Assembly (NCBI RefSeq): GCF_001194135.2
Contig: NC_068992.1
Location: 22,754,293-22,818,292, forward strand
Direction of reading: 5' to 3'
Origin: Octopus bimaculoides
Lineage: Eukaryota
Length of the DNA: 64,000 bases
Shown: positions 39,191-53,244 of the stretch, piece after piece
How the letters are laid out: each line of letters opens with the position of its first letter
Position numbering within the stretch: position 1 is the first letter of the stretch
Notes under the pieces: model-generated
Told to the model about the DNA's origin: nothing
Databases searched by the model: none
Seen by the model: the letters and a program-made list of their open reading frames with translations, nothing else
Program-made: the position numbers and the translations under genes

Positions 39191-40787
39191 GGAGAACCAC
39201 AATGAAGGAATCAAAATGCAAAGTACGGCTACACAGTCTCTGAATTCACAATACAAAATCAATTAGCAAACAATATAGTTTATGTAATCTATAAAATGCG
39301 AACTTCTTGATATAAATGATGTGAGGGCTATAAGTAATCCCTTGATCAAAAATATGTCCATTTAATTGATTGATATTATCTATTGGACAGATATATTTCT
39401 AGAGTATTTTAAATGTGAGAATGCTGTCTCCGTTTATTTTAAAATCTATTCGTGTAGTGACTCAATTTTACTTTATGGGAATAATTAAATATGTATTAAA
39501 CCATTGCACGAGTTTGTTGTGTAAATAATAGCTATTCGCTTAGGAAGCGAACATGCACTTTATCGAGTTAATATTCTTTGTACGTTATGCGCCGAAGCTC
39601 ACACTAATTTTTCGCAATAAATCACTTGGACTGCAGGTTCACTGCTTGCATATCGATGTACATTTGTAACCGAATGATCTTGGAATTTCCCTTCGTCATT
39701 CAGTCTCATGGCCTCTACTGTTTAAACTGTTCTACTGGCTTTCATTCACCCGGAACTTGAATCAATTAATGCTAAAAAATTATTTAGAAATTTCTGTCTT
39801 GAGATCGATGAGCATAACATATATAACCTTGCCAAATGTTTGTAAATAATATCAGGGTGGTATAATGATTATCATAAGGTATATATGATGATGACAGAGA
39901 AATGTTGGCAGTGGAGCCGGTGGTTATAGTGGTTATCTTTTGGATGATCACAATAATGGTGTACTGAAAGATGATAATGGCATCGACAAAAAAGGAGCCG
40001 ATGATAATGACATCGATAACGACGACGATGATGATGGAGCTTGTAGAAAGCATGGTGGCGTCAAAGAAACTTAGCAGTGCAGGTCAAGCGTTTGTAATGA
40101 CGCGTAGCAAATATAATACAATACAATACAAGAGATACAAAAAAAAAAAAACAACAACAGAGGAAAACATCAGTAAAGCGTTAGTTTAAATAATCATGAG
40201 TTGGAGGCAAAATTGGAAAATATTAGTAAAAATAGGGTAAAGTTTTGATAGTAAAATTTTAGTATAATAGAGGTGAAAGAAGGTAAAATAACATTGAAAG
40301 AGAAGGAAAAAAAAAACTCTATTTCGAGACATCAAAGGTATTGAAATTATATGTAACATAGGAAACAAAACAAATGATTTTTGGTAAAAACAAGAGATTT
40401 AAAACAAGGAAATGCTTTGCTAAAAATTGAAAAACAGTACTAAATCGAAACTACATTAAGACAAAGACTCTGAAATAATCCATCCATAGAGTAAATACTA
40501 ACATTTCTTTTTTTGTCTGTTGAAACAAAGAGAGTTTAATATTTTGATGTGATGGCTTTTATATACACATTGTAGAAATAAAACACAGGAAAGAAGATAT
40601 CATGCTGTGGTGATTGTGGAAAAGAGAAATTGTGAAATGATGTATGATTTCCACTTGAATTAGTTGTACGTATTGAATAAGATATATAATAGACAAACGG
40701 TGCAGTTATATGAATGGGAAAGATGTGCATCAAGGCATCTCAGTGCACCGAATTTATTTCATCATGCATACTTAATTACATTCAAAC

Positions 40788-40867
<80 letters not shown>

Positions 40868-41179
40868 ATATATATATCGTATATTGCATATACGTAAACA
40901 TAGGTCTATACAAAAAATGTCTTAAAATATGCAATACATCTGTCGTTCCAATCTGATATATATGTATATATNNNNNNNNNNNNNNNNNNNNNNNNNNNNN
41001 NNNNNNNNNNNNNNNNNNNNNNNNNNNNNNNNNNNNNNNNNNNNNNNNNNNNNNNNNNNNNNNNNNNNNNNNNNNNNNNNNNNNNNNNNNNNNNNNNNNN
41101 NNNNNNNNNNNNNNNNNNNNNNNNNNNNNNNNNACATATATATACACATATATAATATAGATATAGATATAGATATATC

Positions 41180-42545
41180 TTATACATAAATGACAATTTC
41201 TGTCTGTCGATCTGTCTGTTGCCATCTTGTTGCCTACAACACTGAACGAATCTTGACAAAACTTTGTATACATATTAAACTAACATCCAGCTCAATTATA
41301 GGCTAATTGAATTGCAGCAATATAATGGGCCTTTTTGGTGAGGCTGGGCTATTATCTGATAAAATGTGAAGGTTGCTAAGAGTGTTACTGCGAGGAAAAT
41401 GTGGTGGAGTAGTGAGTGTGGCTGATATCAGATAAGGGGAAAACAATGCTGTATAAGTGACAAATATGGAGTGGGGTTGGATGTTAACGGTAATACAGAT
41501 GTCATAAAGAGATATATATATATATATATGCGATGCTGCATACATACCTTCGTAAATACATAGATATATGCATACATGCAAAAAAAAAAACAACATACAG
41601 ACACACACACACTACAAACACATGCACATACACATATACACATATGTAAGGTTTAAGACTGCAAGGAAAGGAAAGAAATGTGGGGTTGAGGAATACGTAG
41701 CTTTAAGGATAGAGAGGGTAGGTGGCTTGTCTGCTGTCCATCACAAACATGCACAAACAGACATATATATATATGTGTGGGTGTGTGTGTGTGTGTCTAT
41801 GTATATATATATACCTACAAATGTTTACCATACACAATTTTTAACTTGCGATTACCTGTGTTTACGTTTGCCAATGTATGAGTGTGTGTCTGTGTTTGTG
41901 TGAGTGTCTGAGTGTTTGTTTGTGTGTGTGAGACCTCAAAATATGTCTCTCTGCTTTTGTAAGGTCTCCCTGGTGCTGTCGCATATTGTGAAATTTTAGA
42001 ATTACGTCTAAATTTTCAAATTTGGTATATTAAAATAATTTTCCGCGTGAGATCCAATTTTATTATTTATTTGTTCCAGAAAACTTTCAGAAACATATTA
42101 CTGAGGTTTGAAGTTGAATCAATTATACCTAATCAGAAAACAGGATCTGAATGCTGGAATTTTGTACATGGCAGGCGTCCACCGAGAAATGAAAGCAAAA
42201 TCATTATGAGGAGGGATTTTTTTTTTATTAAAAAAAACGAAAGTAAAGCATTACGATGAAGGAGGTTGTAAGATCTGAAGTTTTAATAAGTTTTAATGAA
42301 TAAAGTTAGGTAAAACGGTCGAACAGACATGTAAGCAATTAAAAAAAAATCCTCAACAATTTAAAAATGAAAGAAAACCCTCGACGAAATCCAATTAGCC
42401 TATAATTGGACTGGATGTTAGTTTAACATGTATGCAAAGTTTCGTAAAGATTGGTTCACTGGTGTAGGCAGCGAGATGGTAACATTGATATCGACAGACA
42501 ACAATTGCTATTTATGCATCATATTTTTGTATTAAATGTATTTAA
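41180..42545. repeat. Inverted pair of a Helitron-like (Lep1/DINE-1-style) 3' module: 41180-41310 (-) and 42392-42545 (+)
   Basis: CCAATTAGCCTATAATTGGACTGGATGTTAGTTTAACATGTATGCAAAGTTTCGTAAAGATTGGTTCACTGGTGTAGGCAGCGAGATGGTAACA...GACAGACA...TATTTATG is present in both orientations. The inverted match is clear; the Helitron assignment is by resemblance only. Confidence 0.65.
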
Positions 42546-43149
42546 TTTATTGTGTATCGACTTGCCTAACTTGCTTATGTATATATATATATATATATGC
42601 GTATACATAAATACATACATACATATATATATATATATGTATATNNNNNNNNNNNNNNNNNNNNNNNNNNNNNNNNNNNNNNNNNNNNNNNNNNNNNNNN
42701 NNNNNNNNNNNNNNNNNNNNNNNNNNNNNNNNNNNNNNNNNNNNNGTGTCTGTGTGTGTATATATACACAAACATGTTTATGGTGGGTGCATGTGCGTGT
42801 GTGTTTGCGTACATATCCATTTGCACATAATTATACCTTTATATACATATTTTGGATGGAGAATTCCTTTTATGTTGCCTTGCTAATAAATAATTCTATG
42901 CGAAAAAGTTTAAAAAAATATTTTTATATAAACTTCATTTCAATTGTGACTTGCTTCTAAGAAAATTTTAATCTCAAACGATTTTTAATATAGAAAACAT
43001 CTCATTCTAAATTGTTTAGATGGTTTTTATTATATTAGATATAAAGCTAAAAGAAATATAACTATGTATACATGCATGTCAACAATAATTGAAATCTGTT
43101 ATAATGTACAAAAAACGCAGGTAAAAACCTCTCCTAATTTACGAATTAT

Positions 43150-43372
43150 ACGTGTTATAGATTCTGGCACCAAACTTGCAATCGTTTTCTATTGGGGTGG
43201 GGTCGCTTGTTAATTACAACCACTCCAGTATTCAACTGGTACGTTTTAAATCTTGATTGCTATGGGAAAAATCGACCTCGCCGAATTTAGAACTCAGGAA
43301 TTATCTTTTCGGAAGAAACAGAACTGAGCATTTTGTTTAATGCTTTCACGACTCTGCCAGTTTGCCACCTTA
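43150..43372 (-). mobile_element. SINE family B, degraded
   Basis: GGCACCAAACTTGCAA...CAACTGGTACG...ATCGACCTCGCCGAATTTAGAACTCAG...CTCTGCCAGTTTGCCACC. Confidence 0.68.
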
Positions 43373-43875
43373 ACCCTCTCCAAAGTAAAGCAGAAATGTA
43401 CATCATATTAAATCTAACCCATATTCAGTGATATTTCAATATTTCACCCTCGTATAATGGTAAAAGCAACCAGCTGCATTCGAATTAATTACTGGTCTCG
43501 TTTTTTATAAAGAAAAAGCCTAGCTATCAATATAGTCTTCAATATAACAGCAACCTCTAACGCAACTATATTCGCAGTTTGCATAGATTTAACAAACTGT
43601 TTACTCTAAACAGGTTACTGCACAAATTTACTAGGAAAAAATATTAGTTCATTACCTCTCCACATACGGTTTCAAAGTCTAGATGTTTACTTCACGATAT
43701 TTATTGGAATATTTTAACATTTTTACTGCCTTAATAAATCAATATCTAACTCCTTCAATAATTTTCCTGTAAAACCTTCAAACTTCTAAATGAATTTTAC
43801 ATAAATTCAACTCTGAGTAGATCTATTCAGTTAACCATAAAAATCTGCAAACATTAAAAAACAAAAGTAAAAACC

Positions 43876-43945
43876 AAATACTATAATTCGCTGGTTTTAA
43901 CCTTCGCATGTATAGAGATATCGATCAGGTGACGGCAATACTCGA

Positions 43946-43999
<54 letters not shown>

Positions 44000-44092
44000 G
44001 CATGATGGCTGCAAACTCGTGTTCGAGTATTGTCATCACCTGATCGAAAGATCAATACATGCGAAGGCTAAAACCAGCCAATTATAGTATTT
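43876..44092. repeat. Fold-back element with ~75 bp arms and a (CA)n(TA)n loop, MITE-like
   Basis: Left arm AAATACTATAATTCGCTGGTTTTAACCTTCGCATGTAT...TCGATCAGGTGACGGCAATACTCGAACAC. Reverse complement of the right arm: AAATACTATAATTGGCTGGTTTTAGCCTTCGCATGTAT...TCGATCAGGTGATGACAATACTCGAACAC. Confidence 0.9.
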
Positions 44093-46790
44093 ACGCATCG
44101 TACCTATTGGTTTAGATCACCAGTGAACTAAACCCTTCATATCCTACACACACATACACGGGCACATACACACATACACACGCACACACATATATGTAAT
44201 TTTTTTACATATATGTGATGTTAGTTATAAAAAACAAACCAACATTGAACTGATGTTTTGTTTAATAATGTTGGAGAAAGTACATATGAATTTTCACAAA
44301 GAAATGTTCATCAGAATATATCTTCCTCCGTCACTAAAATATGTGTGTATATACTTATTTGTCAAAGAGCGTTCAAGTTTTTTTTGTTTTTGATTGAAGG
44401 TATGTATGGAGCATACTACTACTTAACGCCTAAAAGTAGAACTCCGTTAATAAATACACTTATGTAAATTGCTTGATTTGGAAAATACATATTAGTCTCA
44501 TTGTATTAAACATCTGACAATATTTGTAATTTTGACTGAAATTTTGTTATTTTGTCACTAAAATTTTTCTTTTTTATTTGGAATAATTTGTTCCATTTGT
44601 TTTGCAGGTGAATAAGGACATGCGAAAAACACAAATGATTAAATATTGTCGTTATTTTTATGATAATCCTCGCAAATCTTGCTGTTCTTTACTAGTAGCT
44701 GAATGATAAACATTACAAAGGAAATAACGATTATGCTTCTGTTATTAATATTATTTTGCTAAAGAAGAATAGAATTAAGCAAAGAATATATATAAAAGAC
44801 GCAAATATATGTTTCATTTGTTAAATGAAGTTCTTGGAATTCATATATAAATGATAAAATGAACGTAATCCTTCATAAATAACAGTTATTAGAAAACTTA
44901 TGGAACAGCTGTTAATGCCATTCTTCATAAAATGTGTCTGTGGAATTCTTTTTCCTAATTGAAGAATTTCATATTATTTAAATGAAATAGACTTAATAAT
45001 AATCTTTACAAACACTGTGTAAATATTGACAGTGACCTACAGAAAATAAAAGTGAAAATAAGTATCTAAAGTGAGTTTAGCATGGATGATAAACACATTC
45101 TGTTATTAAAATATTGAGCACATATATCAGGCTGCATGTTGACAGAAATTGCTGCTGCATCTTGCATAAGTAGTTTCTGCTATCGCCAGAGACCACCTAG
45201 TGCCCGTTGAGCGGATCTGACGGAAACTGTGTGTAAGCCCATCATATGTGTATATTCGTTTCTGTTTTTGATTATTTGAATCTTTCCTTTGAATAAGGGG
45301 CTGGTTTCCAATACAAATATACATCTCCGTCTACAAAATGTAGATAGCTAAAACAGGTTGAACGACATCATACCATATTCATATAATCAAGAGCAGCTTT
45401 CAACCGGAACATGCACAGTCATTGGGCCTTGCAATCATACATCCAGCTATGCGCCCCCCCCCGTAATTGCCTGCACTCTGAAATTCACAAACTGTCCATG
45501 GCTTTCCTGCAATACCATAACTCTGAGATCTTGATCACAACGCACAACGCTTATATATCATATGCTGCACGGAATTTTGTCAGTGAACAGGTCGCGGTCT
45601 CAAAGCGCCGAAAATATTTTGGCAAATTAAATTTAAATGTTGAAGTGAATCTAACGGTTCTGTGTGTTTTAAATGGCTTATAAACACCTTCCATGCTGCA
45701 ATTGTTTTCGTTCCAGCACACGATCTCAGGTCAAGTCACTTGCTATGCAAGTCCATCTCCGTAATATATATATATATAATATGTATGTATGTTTGTGAGT
45801 GTATATACACTTACACACATATGCGTATGTCGGTGTGTCTATGTAAGTAAATATATATGTATGCGCTTGTTTGGGTGTTTGATGATTCAAACAGTATAAA
45901 AATGGACTGAAAATTAATCTATGGATATAAAATAAATATCTGATATTTGGGTAAATTAGAAGCTAGAAAATTCAACTGAAAAATAACAATCCCCCCACTA
46001 AAAAAAAAAAACAAAAAAACGAACAACATTTTTTCCGTGGTATTTTTCACAAGAAAAAATGTTATATTTAAGAAAACTTTGTGAGGAAACTAGATGTGAA
46101 TATACAAAGGAAAAAGTTGATAAGCATTTTCTTTAATATTGTCCCTTTCTTTATAAGCTGTTACATAGAAAAATTCAAACTCTATGAGTGACATAATCTA
46201 TTCCGCTGGGTAGAATTGTATCGAGTCAAAACATATTATATTAGATAACTTCATGAATTCTAATGTGCAGTATCATATAATCTGTGTGTGTTTGGAGAAT
46301 AAGAAACAAAGCCAAATAGCCTGCGTAATATACGACTGTCTTGTAGATTTTTAAACCAATATATCAATGTGTTCGTCTAAATAAATTGCAGTAGACAGTT
46401 AAAAAAGCAATAATTTCTAGATGCATTTATGATGATATAAAAGTAACTCAAGCCAGTTCTCATGGGACAAATGATACTAACAATAATTCTTTAAAAGTTA
46501 TTGATCTGTTTGTAGAAAACGAACAGAATTGTACAGAATATTTTTTGAAGTAGATTTGTTTACCATAATTGGAATAAGAGCCAATAAGAAACCAAACATA
46601 ACCAACACACAAACGTACATGATATGGCGACCTCAAAAAATGAATATACCCGATTGTCGTTAAGGCATTAAATATATTTTCGCATTCTCGCAGTTGATGC
46701 TGAAGCAAACAGGAGTTAGATATAAATCACTTGACATTAATAAAATAGATGCAAAACTAAATAAAATATCACATATGAACATAAAACATA

Positions 46791-46822
<32 letters not shown>

Positions 46823-47111
46823 ACTCATACTGCCACACACACATTCATACATATATCTATATCAAGAAGAATATGATTTCTATAGCATCTGTTCTTTCAC
46901 TATTTTACTATTCACACTCTCGTTTTATATTAACTATTACGCCAAATGACTTACTATCAAAATTGATACAAACATATGATATATGAGTGTTTAATGGAAA
47001 TTATAATGAAGAGGCGCAGAAAAGCAGTCTTCTTAGAGTTAATTATTGAGTTTATTGAAACCACAGCGCTATTAGTATCGTAATGATGTAGTAAATGATG
47101 ACAGTTATTCT

Positions 47112-47425
47112 TTACTACTCTAGGCACAAGGCCCGAAATTTTGGGGTAGGGAGGGGCAGTCGATTAGATCGACCCTAGTACGCAAATGTTTCTTATTTCT
47201 TTACTGCCCACAAGGGGCTAACCATAGAGGGGGAAAACCAGGGCAGACAAAGAGATTAAGTCGATTACATCGACTCCAGTTGTAACTGGTAATTAATTTA
47301 TCGACGCCGAAAGGAGGAAAGGCAGAGTCGACCTCGGTGGAATTTGAACTCAGAACATAAAGACAGACGAAATATCGCTAAGCATTTCACCCGGTGTGCA
47401 AACGCTTCTGCCAGCTCACCGCTTT
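47112..47425 (-). mobile_element. Nested SINE family B pair (variant-tail copy joined to the 3' part of another B)
   Basis: A B tail at 47112-47188, then TTTCTTATTTCTTTACTGCCCACAAGGGG (variant tail) through a full head ending CTGCCAGCTCACCGC at ~47423. Confidence 0.85.
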
Positions 47426-47699
47426 AATGATGACATTTATTGAGACATTGATGATATTGAGGGTGGTACTGACGTTGATGCTGATGGTTATGATGCTGAC
47501 GATACGATAGGGATAATTCTGTTGCGGCTGCTGCTGATGGTGGTAATGGTGGTCGTAGTGTGTGTTTGGACCATGAGGATCATGGTGATGATTATGATCG
47601 ATTTATTTAGTGGAGATTCAATTCCACTTGTCACTAAATAGAATCACACTGTATTTTTTTTTTTTGACATCGATTCATGTTTAACCAGAACATATTCCT

Positions 47700-47760
47700 C
47701 GCCGTATTCGTAATCACATTCATCATCGTTATCGTGTTTGACGACGACGACGATGACGCC

Positions 47761-47801
<41 letters not shown>

Positions 47802-47900
47802 GAATATAAAGATGACAATGACGATGATGATGAAGACGACGACGAAGGCGACAACGACAACAACAACAATGATGATTATGATGGCGACGATTGTGTCGTT
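47700..47900. repeat. Compound trinucleotide low-complexity tract (GAC/GAT/ACA)n
   Basis: Seen directly. It explains the poly-D/S/T ORFs 47634..48242 and 47677..48060. Confidence 0.9.
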
Positions 47901-50084
47901 CCTTTTACAGAATCGCAGTATATGGATGATGGCCGTCATTTCACGACTTAATGTCATCTTCCAACATCTATACTGGGGACATATGCCACGTGTTTTCTCT
48001 TCCCTCTCCTTCCTCCCCCTCTCTCTCTCACACTCTCTTCCCCCATTGGCTCTAAGGTAAATTTCAAAGTCTTTTGGTCTTCTAGTTTGATTGTTGATAA
48101 TAGAATCACACAGAACCCTTTTGGATATCGGAAAAAATACAAAGCAAAAAGAATCAATCGAAAACAAAAGAAAACACTTGTTAAAATATAATTCTGGGTG
48201 TGTGGGTGAAAATCTACATTTCACTTGAGAGCTGAGATACATAGGATATTTATTCTTTGTTGTTTTGTAATCACAATGAAAGGAATCGTTTAATTATAGT
48301 ACTTTGATTGACTGAAATGATCGGAAAGTATAAAGAAATGTTGATTGTTTCACATTGTTAGAGTATATACAAAGATTTGTTATTCGAAAGTCTGTGTGTG
48401 ATATATATATCCATAACGTTAAATGGTTTAAATAAGTATAATTTTGGAATACATAGCTTCTTTGATATCGAAGTAATAACGATACAAATGGTCTTCACGG
48501 ATTCATTATCTTGTCGGTCAAAATGCCTATGTAATTTGATCCGACCTTTTACTTTCTGGTTTAAAATTCCTTTACGAACGGGTTTCAAGTTCCGCTTGGC
48601 CATTCACTCCTCTGTAGCCGATAAAATGTACCAAGTAAGCTGTTAACTAAACCCTGGAGCTTACTGAGTATATGAGCATGTGCATACGCTTGCATATGTA
48701 TGTTGAATTATTTTGTATGAATGCATGAGAAAATTTTAGTAAGAGCTTGCATCTGTAAAATTAATTTACAAGTATTTTGAATTTTAACTTGTAATCATTA
48801 ATTTAATTGGGGATATTTACTTTTACTTACTTAATTGACCACTAGGCTTACTGACTTATAGATCGTTTAGCCAATTAACTGTAAAATTAGCTGTTTGATT
48901 GGCTAGTAAACTCACTGATTAGGTGCACTGGATGGTAGACCAGCAGTCTGATTTGTGACTTTATAATCTTCCAGTTTTGGCCATTTATCCTTTTTATTAC
49001 CTCCCCTTTACCATAAATATTTTCCTAATTTTCCTACGGAATAATTTATTTTCATTGTTTTTACTAATTTCACATTCCTATTTAAAGAAAATACATTTGA
49101 ACCATTTCTTCCCAACCGTCTGATTTCCTATATGTCAAAAAAAGGTACCTCTCTTAACATTTTTTCCATGATATTTATTTTTTTAATCTAGTATATACTG
49201 TCCTAAGCGTTTTCGGGCCCCTTACAACATATCCCATTTTCTATACATTTATTTATGTTATGCCGTATACGGTCTCAATAGCTGGTCTTTTGTTTTTAAA
49301 TTTCAAATGACCAATTATCTCAAACGCTGGACCTTGTCCTATCTCACTTCGGACAACAGGCAGAAGGGGTTAATCACCTACTAGTAAGTAAATAATTACA
49401 TTTAATCGATTAGCACTTTATTATGATAAATACTATTAGTACTATAAACATAATTATTTAAAATTATTATGATTAATTAAAAACCTTATTATATTTTCAC
49501 CCTTTCTCTGACTAAAACCTATTGGCGTATCCCGCTATTATTTTTTAAATATTTTTATTATTTATCCATCCTATCCCCACCCCGTACAAATTATTAATCC
49601 ACCAAATACTATAACTTAACGTCCCAAAGTTATACACAAGCAAAATGATATAATTATAACAATATTCAACTCTTCTTTTTTTTCTCTCGGCTCTTCTTTT
49701 TCATTTAGTGTTCCCTCTGGTGAAGTTCCATGTTTCAGACCAGTTTTATTACAAAATATGACAAATATGATAAATATTTTTAGTATATCAATGGCAATAC
49801 CATACAACATTAGAAGCAGCTTTAGATGAGATGCGATCTATTTGTATTGAAATGCTAAATAATTATTGATGTTAATCAATTGTTGTTCATCAATATTTCT
49901 CCCATTTCTGCTTTCTTTAAATTTTGATTCCTGATAAACTCATGTTTGTCTTTGTATTTACCTATAATTTATGAATATAATATGCATGCATATTTATGCC
50001 CATGGTTAAACATAGGTATATACTATCGATAGTATAATGGATACTTTTATCCCTTAAACGGTTATTTTAATTTCTAACTCAGCT

Positions 50085-50126
<42 letters not shown>

Positions 50127-52146
50127 CTTATCGTGCATTTTATCCCGAACTCATGTCAATGAGTTAGTATTGACAAACTCCTACGTACTAACATATGTTA
50201 TATCTACAAGTAAAGAACGTACCCTGCTAATAAGTACGAAAATTGACAATCATAACGGATTGTGAATATTTGAGGCCCGAGAATAAATTCCTCTTCTTTT
50301 AACTCAGTGTCGTTAAGGATAAACACTCCCAGAAGAGTCTTGTATAACAATTCACAGTGTTTAATAAACAAATATTAACACATTCTATAAAATTAGAACC
50401 TGTATTTAAATAGACAAAAGCAGCTGCGAAATCTATGCACAAAGACCGAAACAACAAATTGTCTTCTCCCACTTGGCACTCGCCTAAAAACATACATTTT
50501 GTATTCTCAGTCGCTTTATATAGAGTTGTACTACATTCTTTCCCTATATTCTTGTATAAAATGAATGTTCTTTAGTAATATGTCTTCTTAATTTCTTTTC
50601 GGAGACGTAAGTGCTCTAAACCAATTTATATCAATGCATAATAGATTATATTAATTTTCGAAATTATTTTTAACACAAATGGAAAACATTTTTTTCTTAG
50701 AAAATTCATTGTACTTATGATAAATACCTCATGTTTGAAATACAATGCTACTGAAGAGTAATTAATTGAAAAAATGCTTGAGACATAATGCTATAAATGC
50801 ATTTAAATACAATCAAACATTACTAATTATATTTTACTTGTAGTTTTTGTTTCATTTTATGTTTCTAAAATATCTCCTTATTCATTATTTTATATCGTAA
50901 GACAATATCTCGAATGTGTTTTTCTTTCGAGTGCGCAACCTTTAAAATCTTTAACGAGATTTATGTAGAGAGATTTTATTTCAATTACCTGGAGCAGAAT
51001 GATGTGCACATTTATTTCACATATATCTATGTTCAAATATAAATATTCTATATCACTTCAGTTATGGATATGTTTTTTATAGCATTTTGAAGAGGATGGC
51101 CCATTCCGTTGCAATATATTTCTTCACACAGACATTAAAAGCATGCAACATCAATATTACAACATGTTTTCAAGAATCAGGTCTATTGAATAATTTATTT
51201 GTTATATATTAAGTTGTTTGGGGCACATTGCAGAGGAAATATCAACGACATTTTTGACATATTTTCGAGATGGTGTTATTCAAAAGTATAGATACAATAT
51301 ATTGGAATTATAAAGTCTTCTTGACTCTCTACAAATCTATGTGTAATTGAAAACGTGTAATTGCATTCGAGGATTGCCAACATTTCTTAGCTTGTACAGT
51401 TTAACACAATACATCTCCGATAATACCGAATAAGCAGAAAGTAGGCTGGCGAGAAGAAAAACTTTCCTACCCCGATACGCTATAATTACTAGTATAATAC
51501 AAAAGATTGCTTTCTTATTTTCCTTAAATTATTATCTGCATAATGGCAATAAAACGGTATCAGTTCATCTGAACTAGTTCAGCGCGTGAGTATCTTTTCT
51601 TAGGTCTACATCTTTTTCTTCTCACTTTTTTTTTGTGTTTCACTTCGACCTAAATTTTTCGTGCCAAACACCATAATCAATTTTCAAAGAATCAGCTTTT
51701 GTACTCGTGGAAATATAATGCGGGTAAGTGATAATTACGGAGAAAAAATACAAAAAATAGTCACAGTTTTATTTAATAACATCATAACAAATTAATTTCT
51801 ATTCATGATTACTCCGTTTCTATCGTTATATCTTTTCCCCTCATTTATAAACTCATTCTGCGTTTATTTCCAAAAAGAAACTCTATAAGATATGAAAGCA
51901 AAAGCGAAAACATCATCAAGTACGAATATCGGACACGCCTTAATTTTATACACAGCAACAATGTAATATTCGAAGGCAAATAGTCAGGGAACATCTCGGA
52001 CTAATTAAACATTTGCTGGTATTCAATTCTTCAGTCGTGAGATAACAAATAGTTGTGCACATACAGAGAAAAAATATTACAATATTGATATATACTGATA
52101 CGTATACATGTGTGTGCGTGTGCGTGTGCACGCGGGTGTATGTGTG

Positions 52147-52185
<39 letters not shown>

Positions 52186-53244
52186 TCCAAGTATGTTCAT
52201 TTTATAAAACATTTAAGAAATTATAAAAAAATTTTTATCGGTTATCACAAGAGCTCTAAAATATATACGTTAATGTTTGTAAAATGATACAAACTAATAC
52301 TACGGTATTCAACTGGCTTGAATAATAAATTTAATGCTTGTGTTACGAAAAGTATTTAAAATATCCAGAAGAATTATTGATTTAAGTCTATAAGAGCGAC
52401 TATAAACATTTCAGATGTAAGTAGTGGTTACATACAGGGGGAAAAATGAAGACTATGTTAATTTAAATAACTTGAGTGCCCCACTCCATGATGTAGCCTG
52501 CACTACCGACACGACGGCACCCTTAATTGAATAGATATTCAGATGAATTTTTAAATGTAACTTTATCTATATCAAATTACCGCTAAAAGATGATTTATAT
52601 AACTTCGCTCTTTATGAAAATGGAATAATACTAAGAAGGAGTGGTAGCCTTTCGTCGAATATGAATCACAATTGAAATACAACGAGCGCCATTTTACGAT
52701 CTATACATAACACAATGCAAGCTGTACAGCACAGACAATCTATTTTGTAAAAAAACAAAAAAAACAAAAAAAAAACAGAATTGAAAATATAAGTACTTAA
52801 TTTCATCTTAACGATAAAAATCATATTCCACAGACAACGATTATTTTTCTGACAGCTGGTGTCAGACACAATGTCTTTCAAAAAAATAACAAAACTGGCA
52901 TCGGAAGGAACACACGCATATAAATACATGCATATATGTACTTATGCATCAATCTATCTCTCCACGCATCCACGCACATGTACATACATTCATACATATG
53001 TATATAATTATTGAACCTTCCAATTCTAATGCTGTATCCTTATTTTCTGAGACAATTTAGTTCTGCCATTCTAAGTGGTATTGTTACAAAGTATATTCAA
53101 ATAAGATTGCATGATCTCTCTTCTCACGCGCACCGACTTGTTTTTTTTACCAGTCTGCCTGTCTCTCTACCTATCTATATAAAGCATCAACGCAGTTTTA
53201 CACAGCTTAATAGAGTCAATACAATGAAAATATACATCTTTTAT

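Noticed and set aside
49310-49350. ATGACCAATTATCTCAAACGCTGG as a degenerate Penelope hammerhead
   Set aside because: Both the CUGANGA and GAAA cores would need several substitutions, and there is no adjacent PLE coding sequence.
51085-51300. FEEDGP...VVWGTLQRK as a Tc1/Tc3 catalytic relic
   Set aside because: The motifs are in different frames and the SPDLNP motif is unrecognisable; no TIRs were found.
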